Part shown: positions 18,478 through 27,798 of the stretch, piece by piece
How positions within the stretch are numbered: position 1 is the first letter of the stretch
Layout of the letters: each line of letters starts with the position of its first letter
Source: Bdellovibrionales bacterium
Lineage (GTDB): Bacteria; Bdellovibrionota; Bdellovibrionia; Bdellovibrionales; UBA1609
DNA: 64,000 bases
Assembly: GCA_965203095.1 (NCBI GenBank)
Contig: OZ241877.1
Span: 1,504,001 to 1,568,000, forward strand
Direction of reading: 5' to 3'
The notes under the pieces: model-generated
Database searches by the model: none
What the model saw: the letters and a program-made list of their open reading frames with translations, nothing else
Told to the model about the DNA's origin: nothing
Program-made: the position numbers and the translations under genes

Positions 18478-19965
18478 TTACTTCTCATAGGATTGAGCCA
18501 ATTCCACAAAGGTTCTCACCATCACCCCTCCAGCCATTTTGTTGGAGCAGTATTCTAAGCGGTTATGAACATTCCAAGCGGTTCCCGCAATATCAAAATG
18601 GGCCCAAGGGATATCCTTGTCCACAAAATGCTCTAAAAAAGCCGCCGCTGTAGAGCTGGACGCCCCTTTGTGGGAGGAAATGTTGGCCACATCCGCAAAA
18701 TGGCTTTTCATATCTTTGGCATGTTCTTTAGTTAAAGGAAGTTGCCAAAGCCTCTCTCCTGATTTTTGGCCCGCCTGATGGATCTTCTTCACTAACTTTT
18801 CATTTTTGGTAAAAAAACCTGTAAAAATATTCCCCAAACTGACAATAATGGCACCGGTTAAAGTGGCTGTATCAAAAATAGCCAGAGGCTTTTGCTCACT
18901 GGCATAACTTAAGGCATCAGCTAAAATGAGCCGGCCTTCAGCATCTGTATTTAAAACCTCCATACTTTTGCCATTTCTGGCTGTCAGTATGTCCCCGGGT
19001 TTGTTGGCATTCCCCCCCGGCATATTTTCAGAAGAGGGAACAAGGCCCATAACATTCACTTTTAAAGAGAGCTTTTCAATAGCCAGCAAAGCCCCTATTA
19101 CAGCGGAGGCCCCACACATATCAAATTTCATTTCATCCATAGAGAGTGAGGGTTTAAGGCTGATCCCTCCAGAGTCAAAAGTCAGGCCCTTACCCACAAA
19201 AATCACTGGAGGCTGGGCCTCTCCGGCCCCTTTATATTCCATAATGATAAATCGAGGTTCTTCTGGACTTCCTAAGGAGACACCTAAAAGCCCTCCCATT
19301 TTTTCCTTTTTGATTCTTTCCCTATTCCAAATACTGAGCTTGATTTTAGTATTTTGAACTTGCTTTTGAACTGAGCGAGCCAAAATGGAAGGGGTCATTA
19401 AGTTCCCCGGTGTATTGGCAAGCTCTTTGGCACAGTTGGTGGCTCTTCCTAAAATGGTTCCCCTTTTCAAACCCTTCTCCAACATAGGGAGGGCCTCTTT
19501 TTTAGGTAGGCAGAGAAAACACTCCTTCAGTTCCCGTTTTTCCTTTTTCGGCTTTTTCTTAAATTTATCACACTTATAGCTGGTAAGGATCAAGCCTTCA
19601 GTGAGGGCCTGCCCAGCTCGTTCCCAGTCCTTTGTTTGGGCTGTGATCAGGCTTTCAACTAAAATATCTGCTGTAATTTGGGAGTGGGCTTTTAAGCCTT
19701 TATAAGCCTTGGCCCCGGCCTGCCGGATACCCTCATAGTCAAAATCTTTCTCCTCTCCAAGGCCCACAAGCAAAAGATATTTTTTATTTGGTAAAGGGAG
19801 AAAAAAGCTGGTTCTGGATTCGGCCTTAAAAATGCCATCTTTTAAAAGAGGCTGAATGGAATCCTCATACAAACTCAAACTTTTTGGAACTGAGCCTTTG
19901 GATTTAAAAATAAAGGCCACCGCCATTGCCCCGGCTTTATCGCTTTTTTTGATGGAAATCTTCAT
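18478..19965 (-). CDS. pepA: Leucyl aminopeptidase (M17)
   Basis: VGKGLTFDSGG, MKFDMCG, NTDAEGRL, ATLTGA, WAHFDIAG. Confidence 0.96.
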   Translation of the reverse strand: MKISIKKSDKAGAMAVAFIFKSKGSVPKSLSLYEDSIQPLLKDGIFKAESRTSFFLPLPNKKYLLLVGLGEEKDFDYEGIRQAGAKAYKGLKAHSQITADILVESLITAQTKDWERAGQALTEGLILTSYKCDKFKKKPKKEKRELKECFLCLPKKEALPMLEKGLKRGTILGRATNCAKELANTPGNLMTPSILARSVQKQVQNTKIKLSIWNRERIKKEKMGGLLGVSLGSPEEPRFIIMEYKGAGEAQPPVIFVGKGLTFDSGGISLKPSLSMDEMKFDMCGASAVIGALLAIEKLSLKVNVMGLVPSSENMPGGNANKPGDILTARNGKSMEVLNTDAEGRLILADALSYASEQKPLAIFDTATLTGAIIVSLGNIFTGFFTKNEKLVKKIHQAGQKSGERLWQLPLTKEHAKDMKSHFADVANISSHKGASSSTAAAFLEHFVDKDIPWAHFDIAGTAWNVHNRLEYCSNKMAGGVMVRTFVELAQSYEK

Positions 19966-20104
19966 ATTGGCTTCTTATAAACTGGTATTTTTAAAAAAGC
20001 AAATATTTTTTTCTGTTTATTTTCCCGCGAAAAACCTTAGCCTGCCTTTTCCCCTTCCTGCTTTTTCAGAGGTAAGTTTGTGGAAAACTATTCTTTTAAC
20101 TTCT

Positions 20105-20172
20105 TTTGCCTAAAGCTTGTCCCATGAGGGTCCAAGTATTGCCGTCCCGAAATGGGACAAGCTTTAGGCAAA
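20105..20172. repeat. 21-bp perfect stem with a 26-nt loop that is conserved elsewhere
   Basis: TTTGCCTAAAGCTTGTCCCAT / ATGGGACAAGCTTTAGGCAAA around GAGGGTCCAAGTATTGCCGTCCCGAA; loop recurs at ~22427-22450. Confidence 0.8.
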
Positions 20173-20226
20173 GAAACTTAAATAGTCGTCCCTTTCACAG
20201 AGGTTAGCTGAGCGGGAACAGCTAAC

Positions 20227-20859
20227 TTAAAGCTTTTGGAAAAATAAAGGATCTTTTTCCCTTAACCAGCCCTTTAATGCTGGAAAAAATATTTTTTTAG
20301 AAAACTTTCCTTGAGATAGTTTTTTAAGTTCTGCTTGTATTTGCCTTTGTCCCTTAGCTTTGATGTGGATACGGTGCAAAGCTTGGTTTTTGTATTCCCA
20401 AAAAACTTGAAAAGGCCCGGTTTGGCAAAATATAATCCTTTTCTTTTCTGTCTGACAGCTCCCCGGTTTTAAGGCTTGCCCTCTCAAAATAGCTATCAGA
20501 TACTCCATTGAGAAAGAGGGAAAATCAGGAAAAAAAATTTGAGAGCTGAACTCTCCCACATAATATCGCCTTTTTAAAGGCTCTTGCAGGAGCATCCTCT
20601 TATCCCTCAAAATCAAGCGAAACACAGAGCCTATAAGAGCTTTATTGAGATCCATCCTCAACAGCTGATCTTCTCTGAGGAAAATTAAAGAAAAAAAAGA
20701 GTGAGTTCTCTCTCCCTTAGAGGATAGTAAAGTCCACTTGATATTGTATATTAAATCCTTTGAATGGAGGGGCACTGGTTTTGAAAGGGAAGCACAAGAT
20801 AAAAAAAAGAAAAAGCAAAAGGCAAAAGCCAGAAGGCGGGTGAGGGGATTTTCTTTCAT
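20227..20859 (-). CDS. Putative lipoprotein (LolB/DUF4292-like fold is a guess)
   Basis: Likely start MKENP... at 20859 overlapping the gpsA stop (TAATG); lipobox FLSC. Confidence 0.55.
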   Translation of the reverse strand: MKENPLTRLLAFAFCFFFFLSCASLSKPVPLHSKDLIYNIKWTLLSSKGERTHSFFSLIFLREDQLLRMDLNKALIGSVFRLILRDKRMLLQEPLKRRYYVGEFSSQIFFPDFPSFSMEYLIAILRGQALKPGSCQTEKKRIIFCQTGPFQVFWEYKNQALHRIHIKAKGQRQIQAELKKLSQGKFSKKIFFPALKGWLREKDPLFFQKL

Positions 20860-22109
20860 TATCTGTCTTGAGTGTTCCATAAAAACGGTTGATGGGCAAA
20901 AGACCAATGGGATTGGTGATTTGTCTCTACCCTGGTTTTTTGAAAAACAGAGAGCAGGGGATTCCTCTGCCTGTTAGGAAGGGAGTTCTCATCTTCTATA
21001 AGGGAGAGCAAAATTTGAGGCTTGGCCCCCTCGTATAAAATCCGATAAAGGTTCTCAATAAAAACGAAATTTTTGCCCTTTAGATAAAGATAAAGGGCTT
21101 TGAGTGTGGAAAGGCCCTCTACAGTTTTAGTATTTTCCCGAAGATAATCGTTTAGGTTTTGGCCTTTGCCAATAAATAAACCCATCCGGAAATTTCTGGA
21201 ATTTTCATCTAAGGAAAGAAGTATATCTCCAAGGTAAGAGAGATCTAAAAAAGTGGCCGGATCAGCCCCTAAATCAATTCCTATTTGAACCAGCTCTTTG
21301 CTCAGTGCCACTAACAGGGCTGATCGAGTGTTAGGCCCTACACTTAAGCCTTTCAAAATTCCGCCAGAGATAGCCAGTAAATTTTTAACCGCCCCAGTAA
21401 AAGCCAGCCCTCTCATATCTTTGCTGAGCGAGAGCTTAAAACTCTCTGTGGAAAGCAGTTTCTTTAATTTTTGAAGATTTTTATACCCTGCAAGATTGAC
21501 CACTGTCTTTTCCCCAAGAGCCATTTCCCTGGCAAAGGAGGGGCCACTGATAAGGTAAATATTGCTTTTTTTTAACTGAGGCCAATTTTTAAGCAAAAAA
21601 TCTTCAACAAATAAAAGCCTCCCTTCTTCAAAATAAAGACCTTTAGAAAGAGAGAGCAGGGCTAAGCCTCTGTTTTTTTTTATTAACTCGGATAAAAACA
21701 AAGAATTTTCCCGAACGAAATGCACTATATCCCCTACGGGTAAAGCCAAAACCATTATATCTAAAGGCTGAACCAAAAGAGGCTCAAGTGAGAGGGTTGG
21801 CTGAATATTAGAAGACAGCTCAACATCTGGGAGAGAAGAGCTTTTCCCTTGGCGGATCTGATGGGCTACAGACTCATTTCTCACAAAAACATGGATATGT
21901 CGAAAATTGTTAGAGAGCACTTGGGCAAAAGAGAGGCCAAAAGCCCCAGCCCCTACAATCAAAACCTTTTTGGGCCTGTTATTATTTTTGGGCAAAAATA
22001 GAGCCTTGCAGAGGTCAGCGGGGGAATAAAGCGGTGCTATAAGCAACAAGACACAAAAGGCAAAACCCTTTGGCCAAAATCTAAACAAAAAAGAGGATAA
22101 TTTTAGCAT
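20859..22109 (-). CDS. gpsA: NAD(P)H-dependent glycerol-3-phosphate dehydrogenase with N-terminal extension
   Basis: IVGAGAFG Rossmann motif, SKGL, SGPSFA, GAVKN, GD, SRN, VEG. Confidence 0.85.
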   Translation of the reverse strand: MLKLSSFLFRFWPKGFAFCVLLLIAPLYSPADLCKALFLPKNNNRPKKVLIVGAGAFGLSFAQVLSNNFRHIHVFVRNESVAHQIRQGKSSSLPDVELSSNIQPTLSLEPLLVQPLDIMVLALPVGDIVHFVRENSLFLSELIKKNRGLALLSLSKGLYFEEGRLLFVEDFLLKNWPQLKKSNIYLISGPSFAREMALGEKTVVNLAGYKNLQKLKKLLSTESFKLSLSKDMRGLAFTGAVKNLLAISGGILKGLSVGPNTRSALLVALSKELVQIGIDLGADPATFLDLSYLGDILLSLDENSRNFRMGLFIGKGQNLNDYLRENTKTVEGLSTLKALYLYLKGKNFVFIENLYRILYEGAKPQILLSLIEDENSLPNRQRNPLLSVFQKTRVETNHQSHWSFAHQPFLWNTQDR

Positions 22110-22351
22110 AAGCTTTTCTCTAACTTAAGATCAAAATTTTGTCCAATCAAAATATTATTTTTTTAAAAAAACTTATGATGGAAAAATTATTTTTCTTTTT
22201 TTCTCTTTTTTGCTAAAAAACCCAAGCTTATTCGTGTAAAAAAACCTTGGCCCCTTCCAACAGAGAGGTTTTGCTTATGCCATAAAAGTTATTCTTTATA
22301 TATTGACATGGCTAAGGCAAAATTTTATCTTTCAGCAGGAAGTTTTGTATT

Positions 22352-22509
22352 TAGTCGTCTGTGAAAAAGCTGGACAAAAAACCTCGTCCTCTTTTTCCTG
22401 CTTTTGTCCAAAGGCCATTCGGTGATGGTCCAAGGTATTGCCGTCCCGAAATGGAATGGTCCTTTGGACAAAAAAAGTTAAAAAACAAGAGGTTTTTCAC
22501 GGACGACTA
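22352..22509. mobile_element. MITE-like element, 158 bp, with 17-bp terminal inverted repeats that begin and end in TA
   Basis: TAGTCGTCTGTGAAAAA ... TTTTTCACGGACGACTA (1 mismatch); internal long hairpin with the conserved loop. Confidence 0.7.
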
Positions 22510-22534
22510 TTTTAAAACAGAATAGAAGGAAAAC

Positions 22535-24619
22535 ATGAATCAAGATTTAAAAAAACAACTTCTTCCACCTAAGGCTAAAAAGAAAAACCATTTTCATACC
22601 AAGTTTAATGATTCTATCCCCGACCCCTACCATTGGTTATCTCGCCGGGACTCATTAGAGGTTTTAAGCTATCTTAAGGAGGAAAATCAATATGCTGAAA
22701 AAAAATTAGAGCCTTTACAAGCCCTTAGAAAAGAGCTTTTTTTAGAGATGAAAAGTCGCTTTCCTGAGAGAGAAAATCAAGAGCCAGTTCCTAAAGGGGA
22801 TTACTTGTATTATAGGGCATGGGAACAACAAAAGCCTTACCCTGTGCATAAAAGGCGAAAAAAGCTTAAAGGCTCAGAGGAGGAAGTTCTTTTAGACGAA
22901 AACTCTATAAAAACAGATAGTGGCTATAAAAGTGTGGCCGGGGTTTTAACAGCTCCTAATCATAATTTTTTGGCTTATGCCTTAGATAATTGCGGTAGAG
23001 AATTTTATAACATTTACTTTAAAGATCTAAAAACAGGTCGGCAAAAAAGCCATTTCATTTCATCAGCCACTTCTGATTTTGTTTGGGCTAATGACAACCG
23101 GACAGTGTTTTATGTTCAGCAAGATCCTAAAACTTTAAGGGCCTTTCAAGTTTATCGTTTTGATATTGAGACAGGCAAAAAGGATCTGATGTTTGAGGAG
23201 AGCGATTTAAAATTCTCTGTTTTTTTAAGTAAAAGCCTTTGCGAGAGTTGGATTTTTATTGTTTCGAGTAGCCCTCTCACTACAGAATATCACTGCCTGC
23301 CCGCTCATCAGCCGGCCAGGGATTTTGCTTTGTTTTGTGCGAGAGAGCTGGGGCATGAGTATTACTTGGGCTATGGTGATGGTTTGTTTTATATTTTGAG
23401 CAATAAAGATCAAGCATTTAATTTTAAACTTTTGCAGGCAAAGGCTTTACAGCCTTCTCATCATCAAGAGCTTTGCCCTCAATCAATGTGGCAGGAAGTC
23501 ATCCCCCATCGTCCAGAAGTTTGTATTGAGGATTTAGAAGTTTTTAAAAAATTTATTGCTTTGCAGATTCGCCGTCAAGGTCGCCCAGGAATAGAAGTTT
23601 TTGATCGGGAAAGCCAAAAGCTTTCCGTTGTGGATTTTCCTGAAAAAATTTGTTCTGTCTATTTTAGTGATAATAAAGAATACAAGAGTCGTTTTATTCG
23701 TATAAAATTTCAATCCCCCACACAGCCGGAAACTGTTTATGATTATGAGCTATATAAAAATAAACTTCATTTTAAAAATCAGGAAAAGATCAAAGGCGGA
23801 TTTAAGCCTCAAAATTATGTTTCCCAAGAGGAACTGGCCCTGGCGGAAGACGGCCGGGAGATCCCCATTTCCGTTGTTTACAAAAAGGGATTAAAATTGA
23901 GCCATGCCAGCCCTCTTTTGCTTTACGCTTATGGTTCTTATGGGAGGAGTATGGATATGGGTTTTAGCTCTATAAAGCTTTCTCTTTTAGATAGAGGTTT
24001 TGTTTATGCTGTGGCTCATGTTCGTGGAGGGGGTGAAAAGGGGAGGCAGTGGCATGATGAGGGACGGCTTTTAAATAAGAAAAACACTTTTTCAGATTTT
24101 ATTGCTTGTGCAGAAGGGCTCATTAAAAAATCCTATAGCTCCCCCTCTCACCTTTATATTATGGGGGGAAGTGCTGGAGGTCTGCTTATAGGCAATGTTT
24201 TAAATGAACGGCCGGAGCTATTTCGTTCGGCTATAGCCTCTGTCCCCTTTGTGGATTGCTTGACCACTATGTTGGATGAAAATATCCCTCTCTCAACTCA
24301 AGAGTATGAGGAGTGGGGGAATCCCAATGAAAAGCCTTATTATGATTACATCAAATCCTACTCCCCTTATTATAATGTGAAAAGGGCGAACTACCCACAC
24401 ATTTTAATAGAGACAGGCTACCATGACCCCAGAGTGCAATATTGGGAACCGGCAAAATGGACAGCTCGACTGAGAGATTGCAAAAAAGATGATAATTTGC
24501 TGATTTTGCTAACCAATATGAAAAGTGGCCATTTTGGTTCCACAGGGAGGTTGGAGTTTTTAAAGCTCTTTTCCCTTTACTATGCTTTTTTTATAGGTAT
24601 GGAACATTCTTTGTTATAA
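22535..24619 (+). CDS. ptrB: Oligopeptidase B (S9A prolyl oligopeptidase family)
   Basis: DPYHWL, YAYGSYG, HVRGGG, GGSAGG (Ser), HDPRV (Asp), SGHFG (His). Confidence 0.93.
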   Translation: MNQDLKKQLLPPKAKKKNHFHTKFNDSIPDPYHWLSRRDSLEVLSYLKEENQYAEKKLEPLQALRKELFLEMKSRFPERENQEPVPKGDYLYYRAWEQQKPYPVHKRRKKLKGSEEEVLLDENSIKTDSGYKSVAGVLTAPNHNFLAYALDNCGREFYNIYFKDLKTGRQKSHFISSATSDFVWANDNRTVFYVQQDPKTLRAFQVYRFDIETGKKDLMFEESDLKFSVFLSKSLCESWIFIVSSSPLTTEYHCLPAHQPARDFALFCARELGHEYYLGYGDGLFYILSNKDQAFNFKLLQAKALQPSHHQELCPQSMWQEVIPHRPEVCIEDLEVFKKFIALQIRRQGRPGIEVFDRESQKLSVVDFPEKICSVYFSDNKEYKSRFIRIKFQSPTQPETVYDYELYKNKLHFKNQEKIKGGFKPQNYVSQEELALAEDGREIPISVVYKKGLKLSHASPLLLYAYGSYGRSMDMGFSSIKLSLLDRGFVYAVAHVRGGGEKGRQWHDEGRLLNKKNTFSDFIACAEGLIKKSYSSPSHLYIMGGSAGGLLIGNVLNERPELFRSAIASVPFVDCLTTMLDENIPLSTQEYEEWGNPNEKPYYDYIKSYSPYYNVKRANYPHILIETGYHDPRVQYWEPAKWTARLRDCKKDDNLLILLTNMKSGHFGSTGRLEFLKLFSLYYAFFIGMEHSLL

Positions 24620-24651
24620 AGGTTCCAGGTATTTTCCCCAAACAGAGGGTA

Positions 24652-27597
24652 TTACTCCTCTAAAAAAATCTCTGGAGCAAAACCCTTTCTCATACTGTTT
24701 TCTGTGACAATTTTTTTATGCAAAAACTGTTGGAGATAATCTGGACCTCCGGCCTTACTTCCTAAGCCCGATCTTTTTCTTCCGCCAAAGGGATGTCTCT
24801 CCACCACTGCTCCTGTGCAAGATCTGTTAATGTAGACATTCCCGGCCTCTGATAAAAGTTTAAACTCTTCTATATGCCCCGGATGGCGAGAGTAAAGGGC
24901 CATTGTCAAACCAAAACAGCTCTCATTGGCCTGCCGGATGGCTGAATTCCAATCCTTTGCTGTAGACAAAGCGAGCACAGGGGCAAAAAGCTCTTTTTGC
25001 ATAAGGGCAGATGAGCCTTTTGTGTTAGATAAATACACCGTGGGAGGGCAAAACCAAGGGCCATTTTTAGAAAAACCTTCCACAAGCTTTTGGCTTTTTT
25101 CCCTTTGTTTAAAATTTTGAATCTTTTCAAAAGATTCTTTATCAATCAGAGGGCCTAAGCTAAAACGGGGATCTTCCGGCGGACCTACTTCCAAACTCTT
25201 TACTGCTGGCACAAACCTTTTCATAAAGCTTTCATAAATACTCTCTAACACAATCAGACGGCTACAGGCAGAGCATTTTTGCCCCTGAAATCCAAAGGCA
25301 GAAATCAAAACCCCACTGATGGCCGAATCCAAATCGGCTGAGCTATCAATTACAATGGCGTTTTTCCCCCCCATTTCTACAATACATTTTTTAAATTCTA
25401 TTTGCTCATCCCTTATGTGCCCTCCAGCTTTTATAATTTGTGCCCCCACTTCAAAAGAACCAGTGAAAGACACAATGGGCACTTTAGAATGTTGAGCTAA
25501 ATATTGTCCCACTTCCTCCCCCCTTCCCGGAAGAAAAGCAAAACTCTGCTTAGGGAAGCCACTTTTTATTAAAAGTTGGCTCAGCTCAAAAGCGGTTAGA
25601 GCACTTTGTTCTGCCGGCTTGATTAAAACCGTGTTCCCGCAAAGCAAAGGGGCTACAGTCATACCGGTTAAAATGGCCAAAGGGAAATTCCAAGGGGCAA
25701 TCACCACTGTGGGGCCAATAGGCTCAAAACGAGACCAGCTATCCTCTCCGGAGACTTCTGCTGTTTTTTTGCTATTCATCATTTGCTCATAACGAAAGGC
25801 ATAATAATTGCAAAAATCAATAGCTTCAGCCACATCCGCCTGAGCCTCTCCCCAAGTTTTACCTACCTCAAAAACCTGAAGGCCAGCCAGCTCAAACTCC
25901 TTTTCCTGCAAAAGCTGAGCCAACCTTCTCAAACAGGACACACGCTTTTGAGCCGGGCTGAGCCTCCACTCTGAAAAAAAAGAACTGGCTATTTGAACCG
26001 CTTTTTCCGCCTGTTCTGTTGAAACTAAAAAGCTCCGGCTAATGATCTGTTGAGGATGACTGGGGTTTTCCCTATTAAAAACTTGAGAGGAGGATAATTG
26101 CTCTCCCTCTATTATTGAGGGAACTTCTATTGGGAACTTCCTTTTCCAACCCTCAAGGGCTTTTTTAAAACGACTGATATTTTCCTTTTGGCTAAAATCT
26201 AAAAGAGGGTGATTTTTAAATTTAACATTTTTAAAAGAATCCGTTTTTAAGTGATCTCTCTTATCTTCCTGAGCTTGAGGTGGGGATAAAAGCTCTTTTG
26301 CGGATTTATTATGAACAAAAAAATTTAAAACAAAAGATTGGCTGTTGCTGTTTTCTAAAAGCCGCCTCACAAGGTAGGACATCCCCGGAATAAGCTCTCC
26401 CATGCCACAGTAAAGGCGGACCCGTTGCCCCTCATCCCTTAAGCTTTGAGCTAAGCCCTCCCCCATGCCATAAAGGGTTTGAAACTCCAAAGGCATTTCC
26501 GGACAGAGTTTATGCCATGCCAGAGCACAGGCAACCGATCGAATATTATGAGAACCTATAGCCAACTTTATTTTTGAGGGATTTTCAAAAAGCCATTGGA
26601 GGCATTTTTCAAAATTGGCCTCTGTCTCTTCTTTTTTGAGATAAACCGGAATGGGCCAGTTTTTTTGCCGGGCCAACAAAACCTCTGTGTCCCAATAAGC
26701 CCCTTTAACCAAACGCACAGTCAAGGGGGTGTTCCTGCTTTCTGCAAAGCGGGAAAGCTTTTGTAAATCCTCAAAACTTTCCTTTAAGTAAGCCTGAATC
26801 ACAATGCCAAAATGAGGATAATGCTTTAAGTCCTCCTCCATAGTCAGTTCTTTAAAAATTTCCAAAAAAAGATCTTTGTAATGGTATTGCTCCATATCCA
26901 TATAAATAAAAACAAAATTTTTAACTGCTTTTTGAAAAAGAGGGCGAAGTCGGCTTTTGATTCGCTCTTTAGAATATTCCCATGCCTCTGTTTTGATTTG
27001 AGAAAAAAGAGAGCTGGCCTTAACAGAAATATTTATTGAGGGAATTGGCCCCTGAGAGTCTTTTTGAAGAAGATCTCTTTTTGGCCAATTTTTTTGAGCG
27101 GAAATAAGGCTATCCATTAACTGAAGATACTGTTGGAGATAGCCTTCTGCCTCCTCTTCTGACAAAGCCACCTCTCCTAAAATATCTATAGAAAAAGCCA
27201 AATCCTGCTCCCAATTTTTAGAGATAATTTTTAAAGCCTCTTCTATGTTGGAGCCGATGATAAACATTTTAGCTACTTGGCGGATCTGTTTTTTTATATT
27301 TTTGACCATTAAAGAAGGGGCCAGCCGGCCCAAACCAGAAGAGATAAAGCCTATTTCCTGATCTTTAAAATATTCCTTAAAGTGAGACAAAAATTGCTGG
27401 TTGCCTGACAGGCTGGGTAAAACATCAATAAAACGCAAAAGTTGGGTTTTGAGTTTTTTGTCCCTCATGGCCCAGGACAACATTTTTTTATACCACCAGT
27501 TTTTCTTTAAAAAAGCAGAATTATGGCTTTGGCTTTTTGTTAAAAGCTCAGAGCCTTTTTGAAAAATGAGATTTTCTAATTTTTGATTATCTTTCAT
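24652..27597 (-). CDS. putA: Bifunctional proline dehydrogenase / P5C dehydrogenase (short PutA without RHH domain)
   Basis: DILGE, DME, VRLVKGAYWD, YLVRRLLEN; ALDH motifs PWNFP, FTGS, EMGGKN, GQKCSAC. Confidence 0.95.
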   Translation of the reverse strand: MKDNQKLENLIFQKGSELLTKSQSHNSAFLKKNWWYKKMLSWAMRDKKLKTQLLRFIDVLPSLSGNQQFLSHFKEYFKDQEIGFISSGLGRLAPSLMVKNIKKQIRQVAKMFIIGSNIEEALKIISKNWEQDLAFSIDILGEVALSEEEAEGYLQQYLQLMDSLISAQKNWPKRDLLQKDSQGPIPSINISVKASSLFSQIKTEAWEYSKERIKSRLRPLFQKAVKNFVFIYMDMEQYHYKDLFLEIFKELTMEEDLKHYPHFGIVIQAYLKESFEDLQKLSRFAESRNTPLTVRLVKGAYWDTEVLLARQKNWPIPVYLKKEETEANFEKCLQWLFENPSKIKLAIGSHNIRSVACALAWHKLCPEMPLEFQTLYGMGEGLAQSLRDEGQRVRLYCGMGELIPGMSYLVRRLLENSNSQSFVLNFFVHNKSAKELLSPPQAQEDKRDHLKTDSFKNVKFKNHPLLDFSQKENISRFKKALEGWKRKFPIEVPSIIEGEQLSSSQVFNRENPSHPQQIISRSFLVSTEQAEKAVQIASSFFSEWRLSPAQKRVSCLRRLAQLLQEKEFELAGLQVFEVGKTWGEAQADVAEAIDFCNYYAFRYEQMMNSKKTAEVSGEDSWSRFEPIGPTVVIAPWNFPLAILTGMTVAPLLCGNTVLIKPAEQSALTAFELSQLLIKSGFPKQSFAFLPGRGEEVGQYLAQHSKVPIVSFTGSFEVGAQIIKAGGHIRDEQIEFKKCIVEMGGKNAIVIDSSADLDSAISGVLISAFGFQGQKCSACSRLIVLESIYESFMKRFVPAVKSLEVGPPEDPRFSLGPLIDKESFEKIQNFKQREKSQKLVEGFSKNGPWFCPPTVYLSNTKGSSALMQKELFAPVLALSTAKDWNSAIRQANESCFGLTMALYSRHPGHIEEFKLLSEAGNVYINRSCTGAVVERHPFGGRKRSGLGSKAGGPDYLQQFLHKKIVTENSMRKGFAPEIFLEE

Positions 27598-27798
27598 GTT
27601 TTGTGCTCAAAATTAAAAAGCCTTTGGTTTATAGTATTGTAAAGGGTCTTTTCTTTAATATTTTTAGTTCATAACCCATTTTTTATTTTTTTAGTATGAC
27701 TGGTCTCACTTAAGGATTCAATCTTGAATCTGTTTTTTTTGCTTGAATAAATAGCTTAAAGTTTGTAATTTTATGAATAGACAAGGATTTTAAAAAAC

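Noticed and set aside
20138..20151. ATTGCCGTCCCGAA resembling the Neisseria DNA uptake sequence (ATGCCGTCTGAA)
   Set aside because: Only two copies seen in 64 kb, both inside repeat hairpins; an uptake sequence would be far more frequent
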